A stretch of 64,000 bases of DNA from Octopus sinensis (Eukaryota). The position numbers and the translations under genes are program-made. Shown one piece after another: positions 36,955 to 49,648 of this stretch (position 1 is its first letter; each line of letters begins with the position of its first letter). The stretch is taken from the NCBI RefSeq assembly GCF_006345805.1, contig NC_043004.1:35898001-35962000 (forward strand), written 5' to 3'. The notes under the pieces are model-generated. The model did not search any database and was not told the origin of the DNA. It worked only from the letters and a program-made list of their open reading frames with translations.

Positions 36955-37515
36955 TGAGTGAGAGAGCAGCACATGCCATCAAAGTGACACTGGGGTAAAA
37001 TATACGGATCACAATATACTCATCATGACTACTCATCTGATAAGGAAACACCAGGCACATGCACCACAACCATGTGTGCACAACATGGTGATCTCATATC
37101 AAGATAAACAGTGCAGGACCTTGCAGGTGGGGCCCAGTTAGAATTTTCTTCATGTTGAGTAGCCCATCCTGCTGAAAAGGTCCCTGAATAAGGGTTGCTT
37201 AAAGGATGTTGAATGAAACACCCATGTTCCCAGAGGTGAATTATCCAAATTCTAAAGAATCCCTCTCAACACATGGTAATGATGCTCCCCACTACTTCTG
37301 CTCATGATCAGAGATGTACATATTGTCAGCCACTAAGGGACCTACTCAACTGGTTATGGTTAAACAACTGACAAGCAAATCCATGGTATTGAGCAGAATA
37401 TTTGCTGCAGCCCATCTTTTATATCAAGACAAAACAATGTACATGATAACACTTCTAATCAATTAAGATGAGAAGCCATGAGAGCTACTGCCTGGTACTG
37501 CATCAGGGCATTTAG
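36955..37515. mobile_element. Unclassified ~560-bp insertion between TTA-rich tracts
   Basis: Higher GC than its flanks, sharp edge at the long (TTA)n on the right and a short TTA-like run on the left, no long ORF, no tRNA head seen. Confidence 0.4.
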
Positions 37516-37716
37516 TATTATTATTATTATTATTATTATTACTATTATTATTATTACTATTATTATTATTACTATTATTATTATTACTATTATTATTATT
37601 ATTACTATTATTATTATTACTATTATTATTATTACTATTATTATTATTATTATTATTACTATTATTATTATTACTATTATTATTACTATCATTATTATTA
37701 TTATTATTATTATTAC

Positions 37717-37786
<70 letters not shown>
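37516..37786. repeat. (TTA)n microsatellite with periodic CTA interruptions
   Basis: ~270 bp; accounts for the poly-I ORFs. Confidence 0.97.
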
Positions 37787-37787
<1 letters not shown>

Positions 37788-38000
37788 TATGTTTTAATTT
37801 TGCTTTATATTTGTACAAGTTGGCTCCAAGTCTCACCCAGAGACCTCAAGAGACAACAGGTTGGAAGTTCACATTGTTGTTATGCCTAGTGTTCCATATA
37901 TTTGGGGTTTTTTTAGTGTTGTACTAGTGAATGTCTAAGAAAAAAAAAATGTTTGTTTTAAACCTCCTTGAGATTACATAGAAAGTATTTTGCGTAGGAT
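37787..38000 (-). mobile_element. R4/Dong-like LINE extreme 3' end
   Basis: Minus strand 'ILRKILSM*' then a ~185-nt 3' UTR running into (TAA)n; TAA repeats on both sides. Confidence 0.65.
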
Positions 38001-38010
38001 ATTATTATTA

Positions 38011-38071
<61 letters not shown>

Positions 38072-38072
<1 letters not shown>

Positions 38073-38445
38073 CATACAACAGATTAGACTGTTGGAAGAG
38101 AGAAATTCCTAACATCAGGCTGCAACAAGTAAGCTTAGATGCCAAGAAACCCCCTAAGTAGCCAAGCTATCCCTAATAACACTGTTTTCTGGAGCTCTAC
38201 TGGGTTTCATGCTTATTTCCTCTATCCATCTTTTCAGATCTTTAGGGATAGTTCTCAATGCACCTATAACTACTGGGATACATTTTACTTGCACTTCCTA
38301 TATTCTCTGTAATTCAATGGCTAGGTCTAGATATTTGCTATTTTCTCTATACTTCTCATATTAATTTTTTCGTCTTTTCAGACTGTAAAATCAATTATCT
38401 GTCACATTCTATTCTCTTTATCTACTACTAATAAATGAGGCCTTT
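38072..38445 (-). mobile_element. R4/Dong-like RLE endonuclease domain + 3' UTR
   Basis: 'RPHLLVVDKENRM*QIIDFTV', 'KYLDLAIELQRI*EVQVKCIPVVIGALRTIPKDL', 'ELQKTVLLGIAWLLRGFLGI*', then a short UTR and (TAA)n. Confidence 0.8.
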
Positions 38446-38449
38446 CCTG

Positions 38450-38637
38450 GTGATTTCCTGGTGATACTGGCTGTACTAAGGCAGCAAACCCCTTGAAACA
38501 GTTCTATTAGGTACTCTATTCCCATTTCTTTTGTATTCCTCATAATACCTTCTGATACTGTCCCCAAGGGCCCAACGATAGTTGGCACTGTTTTCACCTT
38601 TTTTATTTCCCACAGTCAAGCAACATCTATCCTTATC
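38450..38637 (-). mobile_element. Third R4/Dong-like C-terminal fragment
   Basis: 'IRIDVA*LWEIKKVKTVPTIVGPLGTVSEG...IELFQGVCCLSTASITR'. Confidence 0.65.
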
Positions 38638-38764
38638 ATTACTCTTTGGGAGTATGATGAAATGAAATACCAGTCAAATGTTCTGACTGATGAATTTGAC
38701 TCACCCATTCCCTTTAAAATGTTTAGTCAAGCAAATTGTCTCTAGAATATCTAAGTCTTTTAAT

Positions 38765-39027
38765 TATTTTATCAGTCTCTTTTGCCAAACCACTAAGTTA
38801 TTGGGATGTAAACAATTGGCGAGTGGTGATGACACACACAAGTACATATTTCATATATATATATGACAGGCTTCCACACAGTTTCCATCTACTGAATTCA
38901 CTCACCAAGAATTGGTTGACCTACGGCTATAGTAGAAGACACTTGCTTGAGGTGCCACACAGTGGGACTGAACTCCAAACCTCATGTTTGCAAAACAAGC
39001 TTCCTAACCACCCAGTCATGTCTGCCT
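38765..39027 (-). mobile_element. Family-A SINE, diverged
   Basis: 'atcagtctcttttgccaaac...ggctatagtagaagacacttgc...cagtgggactgaac'. Confidence 0.75.
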
Positions 39028-40002
39028 CTTACAAACTTACTCTGTTCTGTTGCTACTGCTACTATGTTCTCGATGCAAAGCTCGTCTTCAACGGTAGACA
39101 ACTAAATTAGATTTGTCTGTTTTGCAGACTATTTTCTCATCGTGGATGTGTTGTTGACCTGTTTTCATTCTGTTATAATTTTCAGGTAGTCTTCCTACAT
39201 TAGCACGAGACGTTACTATCAGATCAGAATAAAGTACATATGCATATGCAAATATTTATATATGTATGTATATGTGTGTGTGCATGTGTGTGTGTGCACA
39301 TGCACGTGTGTATATGTGTGTGGTAACAAATTCTCTCTAACTCATGCTGGCATGGAAATGGGATGTTAAAATGATGATGATGATGATGACAACGATAGCG
39401 ATGATAAACACAATGAAAACAATGATGATATATATATTTTGTCTTTTGCTTGTTTTAGTCATTTAAACTGTGGTAATACTGGAGCACCACCACAAAGAAT
39501 ATTAGTCAAACACATCAACCCCAATCCGTTTTTTTTTGTTTAAATCTAAATCCTTTTCTTTTAAATTATGGAACCCAATGTAGACCAAGCTATAAGTAAT
39601 GATCTGTAGCATATTCAGCTAAAAAAAACCTTTGACTTTTCCCATCTAAAGATGCCTTTTGACCCGATATTCTACATGCAATTATTTATAGCTCTACCTT
39701 CTTCAAGTCCACAGTTACAAAAATACATAAATTGGGTGATGAGCAGAAATAGAAGACAACACAAGGGGCCCAAACATATTAGTTTTAAAACAAAAGGAAG
39801 GGAAAAGGTTTTGGTGTTTCAGGCATTAATCATTCATCAGAAAAAAAAATGAATGAGAAAAGACAAAAACAATCATATATACATATATACATAAATACAT
39901 AATTTACATATACACATATACCTATACATATATTCATATATATATGTATATATATATGTATGTATTCAGCATGTATGTGTATACATATATGTATATAGAG
40001 TA

Positions 40003-40048
<46 letters not shown>

Positions 40049-41713
40049 TATAAGCATATATATATTCCATGGATAGATACATAGATAGATATACATTCCT
40101 AGTAATATGTGAATGGTGATGTGTCACAAATGTGCGTGATTATGGGGCTTTGTGAGAGTATAATTTACAAATGATAATAAATACACATATATGGAAACCT
40201 CTGCATGTACACTCGTCTATAGTTTATAACAATTACAGCACCGTATACACATAGAAATGTGTGCTACTAATCCTAACATAATGGATTCACAAATATACAC
40301 ACTCATACAGATGAAATATATATTATGTGTGTATATATGCATGTGTATGTGCTTATGATGATGAAGTTGATGATGATATATATGGCCATACATATTTATA
40401 TATATTTACTCATAAACATAAGCACACTATATATATGCATAAACACTCACACATTCATACAGAAAATAATGGAAAATTTCTTACAACTTCTGAGCTTCAT
40501 GTGTTCTACTTGAAATCAAAATATTAAACAATTCAAAACAACTGTTTTGTTGCTATTCTTTTGTAGTTTTATTCAATTATTTCACATTATTATTATTATT
40601 ATTATTATTTGTTGTTGTTGTTAAAACTATTTTCATATATTATTTCCATGGCAATGTTGAACTATAACAACATCATGTACAAAGTTTTTATCTTCTATTG
40701 TTTGTATTTTACTGCAGTGCATGATGTCAAATACAGGTGCATTCTCTTTTTCATTTTTTTTTAGCAGCACCTGGCAGTGAAGATTCTTTGAATTCTGAAC
40801 ATTTGTTCTTTGAGTTAATCACAAACCATAAATGTTACCACAATGAAGATCATATCTACTTGTTTTATGGCTACCAATATTTAGAAATATGCTGAGTATT
40901 CTAATTCTTTGTTAAATTATACCTTCTCCTCATCCCTGGATTTCATTTAAATAGTGAGTTGGATAAGAGATGAAAAATATAGAACCCCCACCTATAAAGA
41001 GGAAAACATTTATCTATTTTGGATGTTCAGAAGTTATGTGTTGAGTATAAAAAATTAACAAACGTATATATTACTTTCTTAAATATATGTTCAATACTTT
41101 TGTTATTACATTTGTGTTGGAATACACTGTCTTTGGGTCAATTAATTTTGGAAAAATGAGAAATTTAGTGAAATAATTTTGCCATTATTTAGCAATTTTT
41201 TTTAACATAACTTAGCACAAAATTTTGGTAAAAGATTTCATTTGGATCACTTTAGCCTTTAGCATTCAGATTATTCTGCCAAAGGTAATGCTTATTTATT
41301 CACATTGTTTTTAATTAATCTTAAATTATCTTGAATCTTTGAAATTTTGATATATTTTTGTATGTTTTCAGGATGATATTGAATGGCAGATGTGATAAGC
41401 TTGATCAAGGTGGTCTGAAAATAAAACAGGCAGCATTTTTGGGCCAGATATTTTGGGCTGGTTTCAATGCTAAAGGTTTATAACAGGAAGATTATATTGT
41501 AGAATATGAGTCAGTCTCTGGTGATTTGATGTTAAAATGGCAAAGATTTATAAATAATCAGTCAGGCATTGAGCAATAAATACGTATATGTAATTTGTAT
41601 GAATATAAAGATGAAACATTAAAGAGAATTGAAACTGATATTTCCTCAATAATGCCTCAGTGTAGATACAACTGCACAGTATGTCTTTATTAAAACTTTC
41701 ATATTTATATGAG

Positions 41714-41976
41714 CAACGTCACCTTACTGGCACTTGAGCCAGTGGCATGTGTAAAAAGATTCGATCGAGGTCATTGCCAGTATCGCTGACTGGCCCGGTG
41801 CCGGTGGCACGTAAAAAGCACCCACTACACTCTCGGAGTGGTTGGCATTAGGAAGGGCGTCAAGCTGTAGAAAATCTGCCAGATCAAGATTGGTGCCTGG
41901 TGCAGCCGTCTGGTTCGCCAACCCTCAGTCAATATCGTCCAACCCATTCTAGCATGGAAAGCGGACATTAAATGAT
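41714..41976 (+). mobile_element. RTE 3' terminus with two repeat modules
   Basis: 'gccagtatcgctgactggcccggtgccggtggcacgtaaaaagcacccactacactctcggag...gcggacattaaatgat'. Confidence 0.85.
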
Positions 41977-42029
41977 AAACAATGATTTTAAATGTAAAGG
42001 GGTTTAGTGATTGAATGAGGCAATTGAGG

Positions 42030-42300
42030 GAATCATAAAAGCTGAGACATGGTCTTGGTACGGTTGAATGTAAGTGAGGAACAAGGAATATATAGCAATG
42101 AGAGATGCTGAAAGTCAGAGATTTGCCAATGTTATGCAATGAGATAATGAGTGACCCAGGACGTTCCATATTGCAAAGTAGTGAATCAGTGAAAATCAAA
42201 ATATTGATGAGGAAAGTACAGAATGAAAGTGCAGCAATATGCAGAAAGAAGACAGACTAGCCATAGTAGAGTCAATAGAAGAACCATTTATTGTATTTAA
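42030..42300 (-). mobile_element. Possible RNase H remnant of an I-group LINE
   Basis: Minus frame 'SVFFLHIAALSFCTFLINILIFTDSLL' resembles RNase H 'SVFxAELxAI...ILIFTDS'; heavily decayed. Confidence 0.4.
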
Positions 42301-43993
42301 CAGTTGCATGGTTGACGGTGATGACAGGGAAAGTCGAATTGCAATCAAGGATAGTTACTGAGATGCTGAAATTACCTGGCAAAGTGGAGTTCAAGCTAAT
42401 GACTCTGACCACAAAGTTGCATACCTGGAAATGGTTAATGAAGCAGGTAACTTATAAACTGCTGTATGGTCAAAGAAGAGGCTCTAGAAAGAAGCAACTT
42501 TTGTGCTATCAACTGAAAGATCAGATAATGCAAGTAAGATAAAAAGTTTTAAGAGCAACGGATTTGATAAAGAATTAGCTCAAATGACATTCAGTTTGGA
42601 TTTGTGCCAGACTGGAGCACCACTTATTCTCTCATCCTAGTGAGACAAAGATGATGATGACGATGATGAAGATGACGATGATGATGAGATGGAGGATCAG
42701 GATTTCTTTATATCAGTTTTGGATTAATTTTTACCTCCTTTTATACTAAGCAAATGTAGGACTTGTGCATAAAAGGTGAGCCTTTGAGTCGATTCCAACT
42801 TGATTAGCTAACCAAATATTTTCCTTTTGAAAGAATGGTGTGATGCCAACACCTTGTCCATCTCATTTACACTGAGAATTAACATGAGCAACTTTTGTTA
42901 AATAAATATTTTTTAAGATAATTTATATCATAGAAATAAATATTGGACAAATATGGAATCAATAGAAGAAAGTGGAACTGCTTTGACAGCACCCCATGGA
43001 AAATTCATAGAAAAAAACTATGATAAATTCAGAAATGTATAATAAAAGTAAAGGTGAATTTCACTTTAGAAAGTGAGTTGTCATAATTTTAATCGGTAGT
43101 GTGTTATTATGATTACAATAAGTTCAGAAAATTGAGAATAGATAGAAATAGAGTCATATAAGATGCAAAAATAGTAAAGTTATATAGAAATAACACAAGT
43201 GAATATACAGATACAGCAGTGTGCTATAAGCAGTGAAAAGATTGGATGCTCATAAAAGCAAGTAAACTCTAACATTGTTTTGAAAGGTAAATATATATTT
43301 TAAATGAAATTATATTTTTATTTATAAATCCTGCAGAAAATTTCAAACAGTTATAGATAGTCTGTTTATTAACACTTACTGAATATACATATCTGATGGA
43401 ATAAATATTTATCAATAGGAAAGTTCTTTGCTTGTTGGTTATTCTTAGATTTGGTAAAATTAAAACCAGTAAAAGGAGAAGCTCTTTTTACAGAGACTAA
43501 AACACTAGTAAAAAGGAAGTTTGTAATTCAAGAGCCAGCAGTTCAATATCTGCTGTAGCTGGGGCTAACAGTGTTTGTGGCAGCAGTTGTTGCTGCTGCT
43601 GCTTCTATTATTCTTCTTCTTTTGTCCTGAATTATCCTTCAAAGGTCAAACCTGTGACTGAAAACATTCTGGCCATGACTATTCCATGTTGTTTTCAGGA
43701 TAATGTCTCCCAGATTATGTCTTCCAATGTGTCCTTCTTTTTTCAAGGAAGTAAAGTATAATTTGAGGGAGATTAGTCTGCTATACCTAGCAGGCTGATT
43801 AGTCACTAAGAAGGCCCATTCCATTGCTAGTGAATCCGAAAGACATTTCGATCATAGTGGCATCATTAAACATTTCATCTTCCTGTGGTGAAACTTACCT
43901 TGATACGACCCATCCTCCTCAAAGTTATCCACAAGCAATGAATTCAACTTATTATTGTAAGAGGACAGCAGTACACTTCGCAGTTTGTTATAA

Positions 43994-43995
<2 letters not shown>

Positions 43996-44028
<33 letters not shown>

Positions 44029-44760
44029 TTAACATTCGCTTTCATTGCTAGCATGGGTTGGACGATTTGACTGAGGTCTGGCGAACCAGATGGCTGCACC
44101 AGGCTCCAATCTGATCTGGCAGAGTTTCTACAGCTGGATGCCCTTCCTAATGCCAACCACTCGAAGAGTGTAGTGGGTGCTTTTACATGCCACCGTCAGG
44201 AGGTACTGGCAACGGCCATGCTCAAATGGTGCTTTTTATGTGCCACCTGCACAGTAGCCAGTCCAGTGGCACTGGCAACGACCTCACTTGAATGTTTTTT
44301 TGCATGCCACCAGCTCAAGCGCCAGTAAGGTGATGCAGGTAATGGTCATGTTCGAATGGTGCATTTTACGTGCCACCAGTATGGAAGCCAGTTAGCTGTT
44401 CTGGCAATGATCATGCTTGGATGGTGCTCTTAGCGCTCCACTAGCACGGATGCCAGTCATCAAATTTGATTTCAATTTCAATTTCACTTGCCTCAACAGG
44501 TCTTCGCAAGCAGAGTTTAGTGTCCAATGAAGGAAAGGTACGCATAAGTGAGCTGGTTACACCCCTGGCATAGGCCAAGAGGTTATGCTCTCATTTGGCT
44601 TGCTGAGTCTTCTCAAGCACAGAATATTTCCAAAGGTCCTGGTCACTAGTCATTGCCTTGGTGAGGCCCAATGTTTGAAGGTCGTGCTTCACCACCTCAT
44701 CCCAGGTCTTGCTGAGTCTACCTCTTCCACAGGTTCCCTCAACCACTAAGGTGTGGCACT
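43996..44760 (-). mobile_element. RTE 3' fragment: ORF C-terminus + 3' UTR repeat array + (GAT)n
   Basis: 'KCHTLVVEGTCGRGRLSKTWDEVVKHDLQTLGLTKAMTSDQDLWKYSVLEKTQQAK*' followed by about five repeat modules and the common terminus. Confidence 0.9.
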
Positions 44761-44817
44761 TATCGGCCGGCCTTTTGGCTAAAATCAAAGTGTAATCCAA
44801 TGAAGCAGAATCTAAAT

Positions 44818-46130
44818 CAAGGTCTTCCAACCTTTAAAAGAACCACTTGTTACATGTGAGATTCTGTAAATACCTTAATATTTGTGCAAACTGAAACACA
44901 AAAGAATTACAGATCATATGACATACACTTATGTGAACAAATCATAAATGGCTTTACTCTGAAATATGAGCTGAGGAAATGTTTCAATGGAATCCTGAGA
45001 GTACATTTCTTTAGCAAAACTTTGTCTGATTCCTGTTGTTAGTGCCATTCTCATGTAGTCACAAAGATAGGCATCGGAGTCATGATCTGCTTTTATATTT
45101 AATAATTTTCAATAGCATATTTATTCATTCTTGAATCTGATATAAGCAATCTGAATGTGAATATTCGATCAGTGTTATTTTTCATTATCAGAGGAGATCT
45201 ACCCACCCCCACCCCTGCTTTAGCTGATGTGTGTATTCATAAGCCCCCTTACATCGCTGTATCACGTGTCTTATGAACAGACGTCATCTAAAGGGAAGTG
45301 ATGTTCGCCGATGAAAGATGAAACACCAACAACAACAACAACAATCAAGTACCTGCCAGAACCTTTTGAGAGTCTATAGAAAGACTATTGTTGGGATTCT
45401 CTCTGTTTTGCATGCACCTCATGAATTATTATAAAATGTTCATTGTTGTAAACCTTGATTTACAAATATAAGTAGAACCATATTCTTTAAAGAGGAGGGA
45501 ATCTTCATGAATCAACTAAATGAATAGAGACTACTGGTCGACTGCTTGACTTCTTTATTCCAATTCAATTCATAAAATAATAATTTCCATTTTTATCCGA
45601 ATTTTGTCTAATTTGAAAGGAAGTTTCTGTTTGAGGAACAATAAATTGTGTATTTAGTGGTATATTGCATAAATGGGTTCAAGAGAAATGGAAATGGACC
45701 TACCACAGTGTTGAGATCAATAACTCACTCCTGGAAGTTATCAGTATCTTTTGGAGATTATCTATATATTGATTGGCTTTCAATGTGGAAGCAGTCTGCA
45801 AGTGCAATCTCTTAAACTTGGGAAATGTTGAAGATTTTTTCTTTGTTATCTGCAATTTCCATGACTTTAACTTGATTGTAAATACGTTTATTGAAATCAC
45901 CATCTGTGAAATGCTGTTCATTTCTCCTTAAAGCCTCGGAAAAAAGATTATAAAACATTCTTGTGATATTCTTCAAAAACAATGAAACACCTAACCAGAG
46001 TGGATTACTTAATTCTTCACAAAATTCCTCACCATGATGCTGTAAAAAATGTTTGACTTCAGGACAGCTTTTCAAAGAGATTACCATTGACAGTGCCTAC
46101 TTCCTCTAGAAGGGATTTGAACAGCCCCTA
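44818..46130 (-). mobile_element. hAT (Charlie/SPIN, GTF2IRD2-like) transposase relic with possible degenerate TIRs
   Basis: 'LKSCPEVKHFL..EELSNPLWL', 'ISQMVISINVFTIKLKSWKLQI..STFPKF', 'FLLNPF', 'YGSTYICKSRFTTMNI', 'KIIKYKSRS', 'AYLCDYMRMALTTGI'. Candidate ends 'caaggtcttccaacct' and 'tttgaacagcccct' are weak. Confidence 0.7.
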
Positions 46131-46449
46131 CTGCAGGGGCCTTGGTCTGATTAGGGTTTATGATTTAACAATAACCTTTATGATGTACTTATACTTAATA
46201 ACTTTGGTACAAGGAACCTTGTTAACAGACAATGTCACAATAACTTAGACATTCTAGAGTGCATTTCTGAGAGTGTATTCTAATACAGAGGCATAGCATG
46301 CAACCATACATTCCATCCTTTTGAAGAATATAGTTATTGGGGTGCCGGTGGGTGAGGCATGGAAGTTGATCTATGATTAAAATAACTGAGGAAGTTGAAG
46401 ACAAAAAGAATAGCCATGTCTAAAATGGAAGTATACAATAATAATAATA

Positions 46450-46830
46450 ATAGATGTCAGACATTCAGCCATCTTGTATACGTCAGCCCCTCTTGCAGCA
46501 GGTTTTCCCTCTTTTCTTTGCAAGGTCTAGATTTTCCCAATGTTTGTCTCTTAACAGCTTTCTGTACTTCCTGAAATGTAGCCAGTGGTCTTCCTAGTCT
46601 TTTAATTCCTCTTATTGTTATCTATTTCAGTGCTGCTTTTGCCTTTAGATAATCTGACTGCCACAGATGTGACCAACCAGTCACATTCTTTGTCTCATAT
46701 CTTGAACACTTCACAATGATGCTCAGAATTTTCCTTAAGGACATTTCATGGCAGACATCCAATTTCTTAGAGATGGTTTCATTAAAGAATATTTACAAAG
46801 CAGATTTGGCTGATCCTCCATATGACAGCT
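46450..46830 (-). mobile_element. Degenerate RTE-like C-terminal fragment
   Basis: Minus strand 'LDVCHEMSLRKILSI' and 'KRLGRPLATF'. Confidence 0.5.
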
Positions 46831-47911
46831 AAGAATTAAAAAAAGACAACATAAAAGAGAAACTGAAATAGTATAACAGAATACAAACACACACACACAC
46901 ACATCTTGTATAAATGTGGGTGCGTATGTGTGTGCATGTGTGTGTGTGCGTATGCATGTATGTGTGTGTATTTAACCATGTTTCTTTGAGTGTAAACTAA
47001 AAATACATAATTGTATGAAATAAATATTTAACAAGGATGGTATTGTTGGATCTATTATTGTATTGATGCCTCCAGATTCTCTTTGATGGTTGCATTTATG
47101 ATTTCCTGTTTTGTTACTTCCACATGAACAATCTGTTGGAATCACTCTTATATTGGATCAAATAATTGTATCCATGTTAAATCTATATTATGTATAATTA
47201 TATATTTACTCACACAAAAAATAATATGCCTATTTGAAGAATTACATTTTGTTTCTTTAGAATGTTTACTGTCATGTGTGCTTCCATTTTATTCTGTTAT
47301 TGTGGTTTCTTTTTTTCACTTGTAATATTAAGGATTACCCTTTTGTTATAAAGAATTTCTGTTTATGAAAGGATTTAGAAAAAAGAATCAAAGTAATGTG
47401 ATGCTGTGAAAAAACCAGGCAACATCCCTTCTACCCTAATTTAGTGAAAACAATGGAGAACTACATTCCTGCAAACATAGGGAGAAGCAATTTATGTCCA
47501 AACTTAACACTTCCACCATGATGGGCATAAATTAAAGATTACTCAACCCAACTAACTATAAGGTCTATGCATCTGTGTCTGCACTTTGTCTTTTCTACTG
47601 TTAGTAAAGTGGCTTCTACTTTCACAAGATGGCAGATCTCATGCCATCTCTACTCAGACACTCTTGACTCTTATTCCTTCTTCTCATTGTTCATATTGTG
47701 TTGACCCACCGCAGTCCTTCACTAACCACAAAACCCAGCTCTTCCACCACACTTACTAAAACCATCCAGCTGTGCATGATTTCCAAACATCCATCAACTG
47801 ACAGCAGTTCAGGCGGAATGTCAATCATGTCAATCATGTCAATCACATCAATCTCAATCACCCTCCATACAAGCAGGGAAATATTTCATAATTGTTTTTA
47901 AAATAAGAATA

Positions 47912-48186
47912 ATCATCATCATCATTATCATCCTCATCGTTTAACATCCATTCTCCATGCTAGCATGGGTTGTATGGTTCGACCGGGATCTGGGAAGCCA
48001 GAGGAATGCACCAGGCTCCAGTCTGATCTGGCAGTGTTTCTACAGCTGGATGCCCTTCCTAATACCAACCACTCTGTGAGTGTAGTGGGTGCTTTTTACG
48101 TGCCAGGCAAGGCTGGCAACTGCCACGATCGGATTGGTGCTTTTTACGTGCCACCGGCACGGAAGCCAGTCAAGGTGGCGCTGGCA
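47912..48186 (-). mobile_element. RTE 3' terminus with repeat modules
   Basis: (CAT)n + 'ccatgctagcatgggttg...ctacagctggatgcccttcctaa...ggtgctttttacgtgccaccggcac'. Confidence 0.85.
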
Positions 48187-49573
48187 AAAATATTGTGGAC
48201 GTGAATTACCTGATTAAATTAACCTCAGTATTTCTTTTGTACTATATTTTATTGAGCTCAAAGGAATGAAAGGTGAAGTTGACTTCAGCAAGATTCGAAA
48301 TCAGGTAAATTACTGAATGATGAAAGTAAGTCAATGATTCTCATGCCATGACAGAAGTGTCTGGATTACTTAGGGACTTGAAATGACTTATGTTTGAAAA
48401 TTGCCAACGTTTCTGAGGCTGTTTAGTCTCGAAACATTAACAGATTGTGAAGTATATTTGCCACCTAAATGTGGCTAACCCTTAAGGTTCAATGCTTCTG
48501 TAGCTTGTAACCCCAGGAAAACATTGGTCAGAGTTGGATAAATAGCTAAATCAATACTGAAAGTACATGAGCTGAATACTATCTTATTTTCATTTTACTT
48601 ACTATATATTTGCTCTTAAAATGATTTGTTGGTAATGATTAGACTATGCATTGTTAAGGAGGTCTAATAACAATGAAACATGTTTGATTTGTATCTGTAT
48701 GGGAAAAAATCATATTCACTCCCAACTAAAGTCTGTTTTGATTAATTTTAATTAAAATTCCAAGAGTCATCTCCCCTGCCCTTCTCACACTGATTAGCAT
48801 TAATAATTACCATAAAAGTTTCTTCTTTGTTATAAGTGTAATAGTAATAATTAAAATTTCTTATTCCACTACATTAATTATATCAGTGCCCACTTAACTA
48901 TTTGTTTTTTAAGCAGCAGGAATCCCTGAGTATTTTACCTCAGTCACTCCATTAAAAGAAGCAGTAATTTTAAAATTTTATACAGTAAATAATGTGTGGA
49001 GTTAGAAGAGTTTTAAAAAATTTGTTTGCTTTGTTGTTGTTTTTGTTTGCAGTAATTAGTTGACGATGTGACAATGGCTACTTTGATGTTGACTTCATAG
49101 TTTGTTGTCTTCTGAATAATTAGTGTCATCTTTAGTGAGAAAGGGGCAGAATGTGAAAGATGAGGTATATTTACACGCACACACACACACACACACACAC
49201 ACTTCTGTTTCAGAGTCTGTTAATATAAATCTTCCTGGCTTTCACTAATACAACTTGATGTTTGAAATTCAGTCAACCAAACTATTATGTTGATATGAGT
49301 GAGTGACCAATGACGACCACAATATATCATGTCATGATAAACTCAATGATGGTCATTCTCATTCGCTTGCTCTCGTCTCTCCTGCCTCTGATCTGCTTTA
49401 TACTCAAACACACAGAACTCTGTTCAAGGTGACAGATTTTTCTATGTTCAGAAGCGTAAGATTATATCAAATACATGACATGTCATTTCATAGCTGTAGT
49501 TGCCTTTCTAGAATACAAGGACAGCTCAGAACAATATAAAGCAGGTGAACCATTCATTCATCTCACTTGTTGT

Positions 49574-49574
<1 letters not shown>

Positions 49575-49631
<57 letters not shown>

Positions 49632-49648
49632 TAATAATAATAATAATA
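49575..49648. repeat. (AAT)n microsatellite
   Basis: Directly visible run. Confidence 0.95.

Noticed and set aside
44175-44460. CRISPR-like look: conserved ~20-nt 'ggtgcttttacgtgccacc' with variable intervening sequence (also 7350-7600, 26650-27020)
   Set aside because: The spacers are homologous to each other, the arrays sit inside a eukaryotic LINE 3' UTR, and there are no cas genes.
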